A stretch of 64,000 nucleotides of DNA from Lytechinus pictus (Eukaryota), in NCBI RefSeq assembly GCF_037042905.1, contig NC_087252.1:17608001-17672000 (forward strand). The letters run 5' to 3'. The translations under genes and the position numbers were made by a program. This document shows, in pieces, positions 25,718-37,797 of the stretch (positions are counted from its first letter, which is position 1; every line of letters begins with the position of its first letter). A model generated the notes under the pieces. That model saw nothing but the letters and a program-made list of their open reading frames with translations, did not search any database and had not been told where the DNA came from.

Positions 25718-27213
25718 TGTCAGAAGCTTATTCAAACTCCCCTTTACTAGCCAGTGGAACGGCCTACTTGGTTGAGTAACTCCTTAATTTGTTTATGAAT
25801 AGACCAAACCTGACTGCTAGAGTAGGCAACCCCTCACTGTGTTTGATAGCTATTGTGTGTGTGCACTGCATAGGGCAATGCAAGCAAATGCTCAGCAGAC
25901 TGCAGATAAGCAAGCATAGGGTGCAGCAGCACCTTTCAGCAGCTCATTGGCTGGGAAAGCCAGCACTTTGGTGCCACGCCTTTGATATTTGGAGTGGCAT
26001 GTAAGCCAGCAGTGGTTGGTTCACTGGTTGGAATTCAAGGTCCAGACTGTAAGTTGACGTTTTATTTTACCATATAATTATGGAAGGCTTTGATAACATT
26101 TAGAAACTGTTATGTTAATTTGTATTACAATTGAACATGACGAAGGATAATTATGCTTTTTAAAGACTAAGATATAAGACATCGGATATTATATTTATGT
26201 CATACACTTTATGATACATTTTATGCCTTACACACGTCATGAAATGATTGTTTTAGGAAGTGACTTAACTGTCCAATATTTTTAACTTGAAAGCTATTTT
26301 GTCATTTATCAAGACAATTAGTCTATTTACTACAAATGTTAAACACTTGTCAACTAAGGAGAGTGGAAATTTTTATATGACGCTTTGTTGGGATTAATGT
26401 TTCACTTGTTCAGAGTTAGGACACTGCTATTAGGTACTCGGAAGCAAGTATAGAAAGTTCAGTGACCTGCTTGAATGTACTCTGCCTTTACTTTATTATA
26501 AGCCATTTGAATAACAGAAATGATATGGACTGTAGGCTGTTAATCCTTGCGTATTCTCTTCCAGACGGCCGTTTTTCTCCATGGTTTATCCACGTCTTTT
26601 GACGTTCCGTGTCTCCATGTATCGCCAAAGTTCTCCTCGTTTAGCTACGTCCTACGTCTTGTGACGTTCACGGCCTATTCGACGTCTTACGACGTTCTAC
26701 GATTGCTACGTTATCCACGGGAAAGTCCCGAGATCTAGGTTATCCGGTTTCTTCTAGTTTGGCAAGTTCATCGCATTCGCGAGTTCATCCTCATATCGTC
26801 TTCCGTTCGGCACTGCTCATCCATTTGCGTCTGACACCGGGTGATGAGTGAAGACTTGAGAAACTGAACTTTCCCCATAATATAAAGTCGGTATATGTAT
26901 AGTATATACATTGTTTTCATAAACACACACAGAGTTTATGCTCTTTCCTTTGAATAGGAATAGCAGGTCACAATACTTAGTTTATTTACATTATACTAAT
27001 TTGAATTGAGACAGATTGTTCCAAAACTTATTGATACTGGTTTATTGAACTTTATGTTTTGACAGCTTGTGAGCCTCGATAATGGCAATATTGATATATA
27101 TAATAAATTCATTTTGATTGAAAGGTACAATTTTATCTTATAGTTTAATTCTTGGGTGGTCAAACAACCTGTTTAGACTAATAAGTCAAGTTCACATCAA
27201 ACACAATGTGACA
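25718..27213 (+). repeat. LTR1
   Basis: TGTCA...TGACA termini; AATAAA near 27102. Confidence 0.95.
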
Positions 27214-27216
27214 ATT

Positions 27217-27232
27217 TGGGGGCTTGTCCGAG
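27217..27232 (+). promoter_or_regulatory. Primer-binding site, tRNA-Pro type (also 33641-33656)
   Basis: TGGGGGCTTGTCCGAG vs canonical Pro PBS TGGGGGCTCGTCCGGG, 3 nt after the LTR. Confidence 0.85.
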
Positions 27233-27701
27233 TTGTTTAGGCCATAACATACCCTGTTGGTTGAATTAATTGGTATAGGATTTGATTGTTAGATTTGTAT
27301 AATGTACTGATGAAGATAATCTAGGATTTTCTGTTTGTTTTATTGGTCAACAGACATAAGATTTAATTGGTCGATGACATGACCTCTCGCAAAATTTGTG
27401 ATATGTACTTATGAAAAATTTTCTGTTCAATTTTCAGAATTTAGCCGAAATCCTTCAAGTTCTTTGTGTCAGTGGGCCAAGGACCATCCAGTGCACCAAC
27501 ACTCCTGCTAGCGACGAGCATGCGCAGCAAGGTCAAGTGCGAGTAAAGGTTTATTTTGGATTGTCGGTGAGTTGCAAAATTGAATATGTATGAAAATTGT
27601 GCCACACAAGTTATCAAACACCCCTATAAGAAATAGTTGATATAGTATATAGTTACTCAATAGTTTTTTGACTTAGGTAGTGGTAGTTTAAACCTTTAAA
27701 C

Positions 27702-30700
27702 ATGAGTACTAAGTGGTTTGAGATTGGCAAGGAATTAGGTCTGTCAGGGCCTGAGCTTCTTTCATTTGTAGGAGAAAGGGAACAATTAGAGCGAGAGGAA
27801 CGTAGGGCTAATAGAGAAGTTAGGAAAGAGGAAGAAAAAATTATGGAGATGAAACTTGAATTGGCTCGTGTTCAAAGCCAGAGTAGGTCTGATAGTATGA
27901 TTGATAATGGTTATGGAAACGGTCGTAGTTTGGTACCAACCCCGAAACTCCCTCATTTTGTTGAAGGAAAAGATAATATGGACGCATATCTCAAAAGGTT
28001 TGAGAAGTATGCGGAAGTTCAGTCATGGCCAAGAAGTAGTTGGGCCATTAGTTTAAGTGCACTCTTGCAGGGTAAGGCACTCGATGTGTATTCAAGACTT
28101 CCAGCAGATAAAGCTGAAGATTATGATGCCCTCAAGGAAGCATTGTTGTTAAGGTTTGAACTTACTTGTGACGATTTTCGTCAAAAGTTCAGGTATTCCA
28201 ATCCACAGTCTGGGGAGACCCCCACTCAATTTGTTGTTAGGTTAGAACATTATTTGAGTCGTTGGATTGATCTGTCAGGTACGCAACGTACATTCGATGG
28301 TGTAGTAGAAATGTTGCTCAAGCAACAACTGGTTGAGAGAGGTGGAACCTCTCTAGGTCTTTTTCTGAAGGAAAGGAAACCTAAGAATATTTCAGAGATG
28401 ACTAGTCTAGCAGACACGTATGTAGAGGCCCATAGTGGTCACTTTGGAATTACCAGGAAAAATAAGAACGATAACAAGGGAAAGCCACAAGGTAGTAGGT
28501 ACCCTCAGTCAGACAGTGAAGCTAAAACAAGTCCGGGGAACTTAAGAAATTCACTTCCTGAACGGAAAAGAATTGGTCCGTGTTTCATCTGTAACAAGAT
28601 GGGGCATTTAGCAGCTAAATGTAACACTAAATTACAAGGTGCAAGTCTAATTTGTAGTACTAATCATTCAAAAAGTAGTAGCCAAAATCAGAAAAGAGAA
28701 TCAACTCAGTATGAAACAAATAGTAAAGTGTCAGTTGATAGTAGGTCAGATTCTTGTGCAACTTGTTCGCTTCTTAGTCCAGATATGGAAGGAGGTGAGA
28801 CACTTGGACTTTTGTTAATGTCTTTAGTTAGTGAGAAAGATAAGTCAGAGATAGTTAATAGAGATACCTTACAAAAATCACCGATGATGTGTGCTGCATG
28901 TCAGCGTCGTTGGCGTGGTAAGTTGACTGTTGTTGAAGGTAGGATTGGATCACACAAGGTTGATGTTCTTTATGATTCAGGATGTTCCGGTGTTGCGGTT
29001 AAGAAAAGTCTTGTGAGGTCAGATCAATTTACTGGTAAATATAGACAATGTGTTTTGATAGATCAGACTCTGCGTAGGTTTCCTACTGCTAATGTTCATA
29101 TTAGCTCACCTTTGTTTGTAGGTACAATAGAAGCACTGTGTATAGAGACACCAGTTTTTGATGTTATAATAGGAGACATTGAAGGTGTCCGTTCCGTGAG
29201 TAATCCCCATCCAGATTGGAAAATGGTAGTTCAGGGTGACGATATTACTCAAGGTCATGTAAGGAATGTAGATTCCAATGGTAACTCTAATTCTGAGGAT
29301 GAGATAGTTGAAGTTCATGATGATGATATTACTCAAGGTCATGTTAGGAATGTAGATTCCAATGGTAACTCTAATTCTGAGGATGAGATAGTTGAAGTTA
29401 ATTGTGATGATGGTACTAATGTAGGCCTAGCTGTGCAGACAAGGTCTCAGAGTCGAGAAGCTCGACGCCCCCAGCGGCCCTTGAAAGTTCCATCTCAAAT
29501 CCCAGATGTTTCTCCTGAAGAAATTAGAAGAGAAACTGCAAAGGATCCTAGTTTGAAGAGAGTGAGAGAACTCGCTCAAGTTAGTTTGTCAGATGATGAT
29601 AGGAAGAACACTTATTTCGTAGTAGATGATGGACTGTTGTACAGAATGTTTCATCCTAAGAATGAGAGAGGTAATTCTGTGAAACAATTGGTAGTCCCTC
29701 AGGTCTTTAGGAAAGTTGTGTTGTCACTTGCTCATGAAGGAATAATGAGTGGGCATCAAGGCATAGGCAAAACCACTGAGAAGATTTTAACTTGTTTCTT
29801 CTGGCCCGGCATTCATGCCGATGTTACTCGTTTCTGTCGCTCTTGTGACATTTGTCAGCGGACAGTACCAAAGGGAAGAGTTCCCAAAGTGCCACTTGGC
29901 AAAATGCCCGTAATAGATATTCCATTTCTCAGAGTGGCTATTGATATAGTAGGCCCTATCCATCCAATGACTACAAAGAAGAACAGGTATATCCTGACCA
30001 TTGTTGATTATGCGTCTCGCTATCCAGAGGCAGTCGCATTGCCAAATATCGAAACAACCACTGTAGCTGAGGCTATGGTTGAAGTGTTTTGTAGGGTAGG
30101 AGTTCCTCAGGAAATCCTTACCGATCGTGGTAGTCAGTTCACGTCTGACATGATGAAGGAGGTGAGTAGGTTGTTGTCAATAAAACAATTGACCACAACA
30201 CCCTACCACCCCTCTTGTAATGGTTTGGTTGAGCGTTTCAACCAGACCCTAAAGCAAATCTTGAAAAGAGTTTGTGCGGATCGACCCAATGATTGGGACA
30301 GGTACATAGGACCAGTGTTGTTTGCATATAGATCAGCCCCTCAGGCATCCCTTAGGTATTCCCCTTTCGAATTGATCTATGGTAGGCAGGTTAGAGGTCC
30401 CCTAGAAATACTAGAAGGACTTATGGAGTGATGAAACTCATGATCCCGAGTTGAAGACTACTTATCAATATGTAGTCGATCTTAAAGAGAGATTGAAGAG
30501 TACTCTAGAAGCTGCTCATGATGAGCTTCGTAAGGCAACGTCTAGAAGTGAAAGGCACTACAATGTTAGGAGTAGGCAGCGTAAATTTGACCCTGGAGAT
30601 AAGGTACTTAGCCTCCTCCCCACTGATCATAATAAGTTGCTCCTCCAGTGGAAAGGTCCATTTAAGGTTGTACACAAACTTGGCGATAATGATTATCGTC

Positions 30701-31374
30701 TTGATGTTAATGGAAACCACAAGACATTCCATGCAAACCTTTTGAGGAGATATATTGATAGGTTTGACAAAACAAAGGCAAATTCAGATAGTAGTAGTAG
30801 TAATAATTCAGATCCCAATGTTACTGTTGCTGGGTTGTTGGATGTGATTGCCCAGGCCACGATCGTCGACCATGAAGAGAAAGACGACGAGGACAATCCA
30901 TCTCCAACATCAAACCCAATTACTATACAAGTTCCAAGATTGGAAGCGAAAGAGACTGTTGAAGATGTAAAGTTAGGACCTAACTTAGAAACTAGTCAGC
31001 AGCGTCAGTTGAAGAGGATACTTGGTAGTTATAGAGATGTACTGACTGATTTACCTGGTAAGACTCGATTAGGTGAACATTCGATTCGGCTAACGTCTGA
31101 CGACCCCGTCCGACAGAAGCCATATCCAGTTCCTCATGCCCTCCGTGGCGTAATTGATAATGAAGTTGAGAAGATGATTGAGATGGAGGTAGTAGAAAAG
31201 TCTAATTCTCCATATTCATCCCCAATTGTTATTGTCAAGAAGTCAGATGGGAGTAATCGCTTTTGCATAGACTTTAGGCGGTTAAACCGCGTGACTGTTT
31301 TGATGCTGAGCCCCTTCCGAATACAGAAGAAATATTTTCTAGTTTGTCAGGGTCCCGCTTCTTTTCGAAGCTAG
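27702..31374 (+). pseudogene. Gag(SCAN-like, CCHC)-protease-integrase polyprotein, copy 1, frameshifted near 30405-30415
   Basis: ORFs 27702-30431 and 30451-31374 together match the 1223-aa ORF of copy 2. There is 1 extra nt (ctagaaatactagaaggac vs ctagatatactcaaggac). Confidence 0.9.
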
Positions 31375-31520
31375 ACGACATCTTGATCCACACCCCTACA
31401 TGGGAAGAGCATCTTGTTATTCTACAAGAATTGCTGAGAAGACTGCGAGCAGCAGGACTGACTGCTCGGCCCAGTAAATGTCAACTGGGTTGTCAACAAG
31501 TAGAGTTTAATGTAATTTAA
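31298..31520 (+). pseudogene. Out-of-frame, internally deleted RT remnant (copy 1; copy 2 at 37722-37943)
   Basis: Shifted frame reads FDAEPLPNTEEIFSSLSGSRFFSKLD|DILIHTPTWEEHL..KCQLGCQQVEF, then NVI and a stop. No RNase H follows. Confidence 0.9.
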
Positions 31521-32127
31521 TATTTTACTAGCTAAAGTGAGCTAGTGTTTTTTTTTTTTATCTTGATCTAAAGTTTTGTGTTTAAAAAAAAAAAAGATTG
31601 TCTAATACCATGAAAAGATATTAAGTAGGTAAAGAGAGATTTTATTTGTCTTGTTAGGAATAGAAATATCCGCATAATAAATCAAGCGTAATTAACTTAC
31701 TCGATAATTTCTCTTTATAAAAAAAAAATGAAAACAAATTTGTTACCAATACCATTAACATAAATTTAGTAGGTATTGAAGTGTAATGTTCAGTTATAGT
31801 AAGCAAGTATGCATAATATACATAATATATACACATACATGTCTAATAAATACAAGTTTCTTTAACACTGTGACAAGTATTAACTATAATTACTAAGACA
31901 TCTGTATACATGTTTTAAATAGGAATAGATATATATATATACACACATATGCATTGTTGATGATTTTCTTTGAAGAAGAAGAAAAAATATAAAAAAACCT
32001 CGATCCCAGAAAAGGAGTCGTGTTTAATTTGATTACTGACGATATTGAAACAAAGACAGGCAGTTAATGTTATAGTTGAAATAAGCTCTTATATTTTGGT
32101 TTTTGCAAAATGTGATACATTTTTTTC

Positions 32128-32141
32128 AAATAGGGGGTAAT
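32128..32141 (+). promoter_or_regulatory. Polypurine tract (also 38550-38563)
   Basis: aaatagggggtaat immediately before the LTR TGT. Confidence 0.75.
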
Positions 32142-33637
32142 TGTCAGAAGCTTATTCAAACTCCCCTTTACTAGCCAGTGAAAAGGCCTACTTGGTTGAG
32201 TAACTCCTTAATTTGTTTATGAATAGACCAAACCTGACTGCTAGAGTAGGCAACCCCTCACTGTGTTTGATAGCTATTGTGTGTGTGCACTGCATAGGGC
32301 AATGCAAGCAAATGCTCAGCAGACTGCAGATAAGCAAGCATAGGGTGCAGCAGCACCTTTCAGCAGCTCATTGGCTGGGAAAGCCAGCACTTTGGTGCCA
32401 CGCCTTTGATATTTGGAGTGGCATGTAAGCCAGCAGTGGTTGGTTCACTGGTTGGAATTCAAGGTCCAGACTGTAAGTTGATGTTTTATTTTACCATATA
32501 ATTATGGAAGGCTTTGATAACATTTAGAAACTGTTATGTTAATTTGTATTACAATTGAACATGACGAAGGATAATTATGCTATTTAAAGACTAAGATATA
32601 AGACATCGGATATTATATTTATGTCATACACTTTATGATACATTTTATGCCTTACACACGTCATGAAATGATTGTTTTAGGAAGTGACTTAACTGTCCAA
32701 TATTTTTAACTTGAAAGCTATTTTGTCATTTATCAAGACAATTAGTCTATTTACTACAAATGTTAAACACTTGTCAACTAAGGAGAGTGGAAATTTTTAT
32801 ATGACGCTTTGTTGGGATTAATGTTTCACTTGTTCAGAGTTAGGACACTGCTATTAGGTACTCGGAAGCAAGTATAGAAAGTTCAGTGACCTGCTTGAAT
32901 GTACACTGCCTTTACTTTATTATAAGCCATTTGAATAACAGAAATGATATGGACTGTAGGCTGTTAATCCTTGCGTATTCTCTTCCAGACGGCCGTTTTT
33001 CTCCATGGTTTATCCACGTCTTTTGACGTTCCGTGTCTCCATGTATCGCCAAAGTTCTCCTCGTTTAGCTACGTCCTACGTCTTGTGACGTTCACGGCCT
33101 ATTCGACGTCTTACGACGTTCTACGATTGCTACGTTATCCACGGGAAAGTCCCGAGATCTAGGTTATCCGGTTTCTTCTAGTTTGGCAAGTTCATCGCAT
33201 TCGCGAGTTCATCCTCATATCGTCTTCCGTTCGGCACTGCTCATCCATTTGCGTCTGACACCGGGTGATGAGTGAAGACTTGAGAAACTGAACTTTCCCC
33301 ATAATATAAAGTCGGTATATGTATAGTATATACATTGTTTTCATAAACACACACAGAGTTTATGCTCTTTCCTTTGAATAGGAATAGCAGGTCACAATAC
33401 TTAGTTTATTTACATTATACTAATTTGAATTGAGACAGATTGTTCCAAAACTTATTGATACTGGTTTATTGAACTTTATGTTTTGACAGCTTGTGAGCCT
33501 CGATAATGGCAATATTGATATATATAATAAATTCATTTTGATTGAAAGGTACAATTTTATCTTATAGTTTAATTCTTGGGTGGTCAAACAACCTGTTTAG
33601 ACTAATAAGTCAAGTTCACATCAAACACAATGTGACA
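32142..33637 (+). repeat. LTR2 (shared middle LTR)
   Basis: 1496 bp, preceded by the PPT and followed by the PBS. Confidence 0.95.
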
Positions 33638-34125
33638 ATTTGGGGGCTTGTCCGAGTTGTTTAGGCCATAACATACCCTGTTGGTTGAATTAATTGGTAT
33701 AGGATTTGATTGTTAGATTTGTATAATGTACTGATGAAGATAATCTAGGATTTTCTGTTTGTTTTATTGGTCAACAGACATAAGATTTAATTGGTCGATG
33801 ACATGACCTCTCGCAAAATTTGTGATATGTACTTATGAAAAATTTTCTGTTCAATTTTCAGAATTTAGCCGAAATCCTTCAAGTTCTTTGTGTCAGTGGG
33901 CCAAGGACCATCCAGTGCACCAACACTCCTGCTAGCGACGAGCATGCGCAGCAAGGTCAAGTGCGAGTAAAGGTTTATTTTGGATTGTCGGTGAGTTGCA
34001 AAATTGAATATGTATGAAAATTGTGCCACACAAGTTATCAAACACCCCTATAAGAAATAGTTGATATAGTATATAGTTACTCAATAGTTTTTTGACTTAG
34101 GTAGTGGTAGTTTAAACCTTTAAAC

Positions 34126-37100
34126 ATGAGTACTAAGTGGTTTGAGATTGGCAAGGAATTAGGTCTGTCAGGGCCTGAGCTTCTTTCATTTGTAGGAGAA
34201 AGGGAACAATTAGAGCGAGAGGAACGTAGGGCTAATAGAGAAGTTAGGAAAGAGGAAGAAAAAATTATGGAGATGAAACTTGAATTGGCTCGTGTTCAAA
34301 GCCAGAGTAGGTCTGATAGTATGATTGATAATGGTTATGGAAACGGTCGTAGTTTGGTACCAACCCCGAAACTCCCTCATTTTGTTGAAGGAAAAGATAA
34401 TATGGACGCATATCTCAAAAGGTTTGAGAAGTATGCGGAAGTTCAGTCATGGCCAAGAAGTAGTTGGGCCATTAGTTTAAGTGCACTCTTGCAGGGTAAG
34501 GCACTCGATGTGTATTCAAGACTTCCAGCAGATAAAGCTGAAGATTATGATGCCCTCAAGGAAGCATTGTTGTTAAGGTTTGAACTTACTTGTGACGATT
34601 TTCGTCAAAAGTTCAGGTATTCCAATCCACAGTCTGGGGAGACCCCCACTCAATTTGTTGTTAGGTTAGAACATTATTTGAGTCGTTGGATTGATCTGTC
34701 AGGTACGCAACGTACATTCGATGGTGTAGTAGAAATGTTGCTCAAGCAACAACTGGTTGAGAGAGGTGGAACCTCTCTAGGTCTTTTTCTGAAGGAAAGG
34801 AAACCTAAGAATATTTCAGAGATGACTAGTCTAGCAGACACGTATGTAGAGGCCCATAGTGGTCACTTTGGAATTACCAGGAAAAATAAGAACGATAACA
34901 AGGGAAAGCCACAAGGTAGTAGGTACCCTCAGTCAGACAGTGAAGCTAAAACAAGTCCGGGGAACTTAAGAAATTCACTTCCTGAACGGAAAAGAATTGG
35001 TCCGTGTTTCATCTGTAACAAGATGGGGCATTTAGCAGCTAAATGTAACACTAAATTACAAGGTGCAAGTCTAATTTGTAGTACTGATCATTCAAAAAGT
35101 AGTAGCCAAAATCAGAAAAGAGAATCAACTCAGTATGAAACAAATAGTAAAGTGTCAGTTGATAGTAGGTCAGATTCTTGTGCAACTTGTTCGCTTGTTA
35201 GTCCAGATATGGAAGGAGGTGAGACACTTGGACTTTTGTTAATGTCTTTAGTTAGTGAGAAAGATAAGTCAGAGATAGTTAATAGAGATACCTTACAAAA
35301 ATCACCGATGATGTGTGCTGCATGTCAGCGTCGTTGGCGTGGTAAGTTGACTGTTGTTGAAGGTAGGATTGGATCACACAAGGTTGATGTTCTTTATGAT
35401 TCAGGATGTTCCGGTGTTGCGGTTAAGAAAAGTCTTGTGAGGTCAGATCAATTTACTGGTAAATATAGACAATGTGTTTTGATAGATCAGACTCTGCGTA
35501 GGTTTCCTACTGCTAATGTTCATATTAGCTCACCTTTGTTTGTAGGTACAATAGAAGCACTGTGTATAGAGACACCAGTTTTTGATGTTATAATAGGGGA
35601 CATTGAAGGTGTCCGTTCCGTGAGTAATCCCCATCCAGATTGGAAAATGGTAGTTCAGGGTGACGATATTACTCAAGGTCATGTAAGGAATGTAGATTCC
35701 AATGGTAACTCTAATTCTGAGGATGAGATAGTTGAAGTTCATGATGATGATATTACTCAAGGTCATGTTAGGAATGTAGATTCCAATGGTAACTCTAATT
35801 CTGAGGATGAGATAGTTGAAGTTAATTGTGATGATGGTACTAATGTAGGCCTAGCTGTGCAGACAAGGTCTCAGAGTCGAGAAGCTCGACGCCCCCAGCG
35901 GCCCTTGAAAGTTCCATCTCAAATCCCAGATGTTTCTCCTGAAGAAATTAGAAGAGAAACTGCAAAGGATCCTAGTTTGAAGAGAGTGAGAGAACTCGCT
36001 CAAGTTAGTTTGTCAGATGATGATAGGAAGAACACTTATTTCGTAGTAGATGATGGACTGTTGTACAGAATGTTTCATCCTAAGAATGAGAGAGGTAATT
36101 CTGTGAAACAATTGGTAGTCCCTCAGGTCTTTAGGAAAGTTGTGTTGTCACTTGCTCATGAAGGAATAATGAGTGGGCATCAAGGCATAGGCAAAACCAC
36201 TGAGAAGATTTTAACTTGTTTCTTCTGGCCCGGCATTCATGCCGATGTTACTCGTTTCTGTCGCTCTTGTGACATTTGTCAGCGGACAGTACCAAAGGGA
36301 AGAGTTCCCAAAGTGCCACTTGGCAAAATGCCCGTAATAGATATTCCATTTCTCAGAGTGGCTATTGATATAGTAGGCCCTATCCATCCAATGACTACAA
36401 AGAAGAACAGGTATATCCTGACCATTGTTGATTATGCGTCTCGCTATCCAGAGGCAGTCGCATTGCCAAATATCGAAACAACCACTGTAGCTGAGGCTAT
36501 GGTTGAAGTGTTTTGTAGGGTAGGAGTTCCTCAGGAAATCCTTACCGATCGTGGTAGTCAGTTCACGTCTGACATGATGAAGGAGGTGAGTAGGTTGTTG
36601 TCAATAAAACAATTGACCACAACACCCTACCACCCCTCTTGTAATGGTTTGGTTGAGCGTTTCAACCAGACCCTAAAGCAAATCTTGAAAAGAGTTTGTG
36701 CGGATCGACCCAATGATTGGGACAGGTACATAGGACCAGTGTTGTTTGCATATAGATCAGCCCCTCAGGCATCCCTTAGGTATTCCCCTTTCGAATTGAT
36801 CTATGGTAGGCAGGTTAGAGGTCCCCTAGATATACTCAAGGACTTATGGAGTGATGAAACTCATGATCCCGAGTTGAAGACTACTTATCAATATGTAGTC
36901 GATCTTAAAGAGAGATTGAAGAGTACTCTAGAAGCTGCTCATGATGAGCTTCGTAAGGCAACGTCTAGAAGTGAAAGGCACTACAATGTTAGGAGTAGGC
37001 AGCGTAAATTTGACCCTGGAGATAAGGTACTTATCCTCCTCCCCACTGATCATAATAAGTTGCTCCTCCAGTGGAAAGGTCCATTTAAGGTTGTACACAA

Positions 37101-37797
37101 ACTTGGCGATAATGATTATCGTCTTGATGTTAATGGAAACCACAAGACATTCCATGCAAACCTTTTGAGGAGATATATTGATAGGTTTGACAAAACAAAG
37201 GCAAATTCAGATAGTAGTAGTAGTAATAATCCAGATCCCAATGTTACTGTTGCTGGGTTGTTGGATGTGATTGCCCAGGCCACGATCGTCGACCATGAAG
37301 AGAAAGACGACGAGGACAATCCATCTCCAACATCAAACCCAATTACTATACAAGTTCCAAGATTGGAAGCGAAAGAGACTGTTGAAGATGTAAAGTTAGG
37401 ACCTAACTTAGAAACTAGTCAGCAGCGTCAGTTGAAGAGGATACTTGGTAGTTATAGAGATGTACTGACTGATTTACCTGGTAAGACTCGATTAGGTGAA
37501 CATTCGATTCGGCTAACGTCTGACGACCCCGTCCGACAGAAGCCATATCCAGTTCCTCATGCCCTCCGTGGCGTAATTGATAATGAAGTTGAGAAGATGA
37601 TTGAGATGGAGGTAGTAGAAAAGTCTAATTCTCCATATTCATCCCCAATTGTTATTGTCAAGAAGTCAGATGGGAGTAATCGCTTTTGCATAGACTTTAG
37701 GCGGTTAAACCGCGTGACTGTTTTGATGCTGAGCCCCTTCCGAATACAGAAGAAATATTTTCTAGTTTGTCAGGGTCCCGCTTCTTTTCGAAGCTAG
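34126..37797 (+). CDS. Gmr1-type Gag-protease-integrase-(RT N-terminal stub) polyprotein, copy 2
   Basis: 1223 aa: SCAN-like capsid (RQKFR..GETPTQFVVRL), CFICNKMGHLAAKC, VLYDSGCS, HHCC, D-D-E (IDIVGP, TDRGSQF, GLVERFN), WKGPF, then RT start PYSSPIVIVKK..RFCIDFRRLN. Confidence 0.92.
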   Translation: MSTKWFEIGKELGLSGPELLSFVGEREQLEREERRANREVRKEEEKIMEMKLELARVQSQSRSDSMIDNGYGNGRSLVPTPKLPHFVEGKDNMDAYLKRFEKYAEVQSWPRSSWAISLSALLQGKALDVYSRLPADKAEDYDALKEALLLRFELTCDDFRQKFRYSNPQSGETPTQFVVRLEHYLSRWIDLSGTQRTFDGVVEMLLKQQLVERGGTSLGLFLKERKPKNISEMTSLADTYVEAHSGHFGITRKNKNDNKGKPQGSRYPQSDSEAKTSPGNLRNSLPERKRIGPCFICNKMGHLAAKCNTKLQGASLICSTDHSKSSSQNQKRESTQYETNSKVSVDSRSDSCATCSLVSPDMEGGETLGLLLMSLVSEKDKSEIVNRDTLQKSPMMCAACQRRWRGKLTVVEGRIGSHKVDVLYDSGCSGVAVKKSLVRSDQFTGKYRQCVLIDQTLRRFPTANVHISSPLFVGTIEALCIETPVFDVIIGDIEGVRSVSNPHPDWKMVVQGDDITQGHVRNVDSNGNSNSEDEIVEVHDDDITQGHVRNVDSNGNSNSEDEIVEVNCDDGTNVGLAVQTRSQSREARRPQRPLKVPSQIPDVSPEEIRRETAKDPSLKRVRELAQVSLSDDDRKNTYFVVDDGLLYRMFHPKNERGNSVKQLVVPQVFRKVVLSLAHEGIMSGHQGIGKTTEKILTCFFWPGIHADVTRFCRSCDICQRTVPKGRVPKVPLGKMPVIDIPFLRVAIDIVGPIHPMTTKKNRYILTIVDYASRYPEAVALPNIETTTVAEAMVEVFCRVGVPQEILTDRGSQFTSDMMKEVSRLLSIKQLTTTPYHPSCNGLVERFNQTLKQILKRVCADRPNDWDRYIGPVLFAYRSAPQASLRYSPFELIYGRQVRGPLDILKDLWSDETHDPELKTTYQYVVDLKERLKSTLEAAHDELRKATSRSERHYNVRSRQRKFDPGDKVLILLPTDHNKLLLQWKGPFKVVHKLGDNDYRLDVNGNHKTFHANLLRRYIDRFDKTKANSDSSSSNNPDPNVTVAGLLDVIAQATIVDHEEKDDEDNPSPTSNPITIQVPRLEAKETVEDVKLGPNLETSQQRQLKRILGSYRDVLTDLPGKTRLGEHSIRLTSDDPVRQKPYPVPHALRGVIDNEVEKMIEMEVVEKSNSPYSSPIVIVKKSDGSNRFCIDFRRLNRVTVLMLSPFRIQKKYFLVCQGPASFRS

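Noticed and set aside
25789-26738. Short ORFs repeated three times
   Set aside because: They lie inside the LTRs; the repetition reflects LTR identity, not coding conservation.
31290-31310. Programmed -1 frameshift into RT
   Set aside because: No canonical XXXYYYZ heptamer, and the downstream RT is internally deleted anyway.
31520-32128. env or accessory gene before the PPT
   Set aside because: AT-rich filler with no credible ORF.
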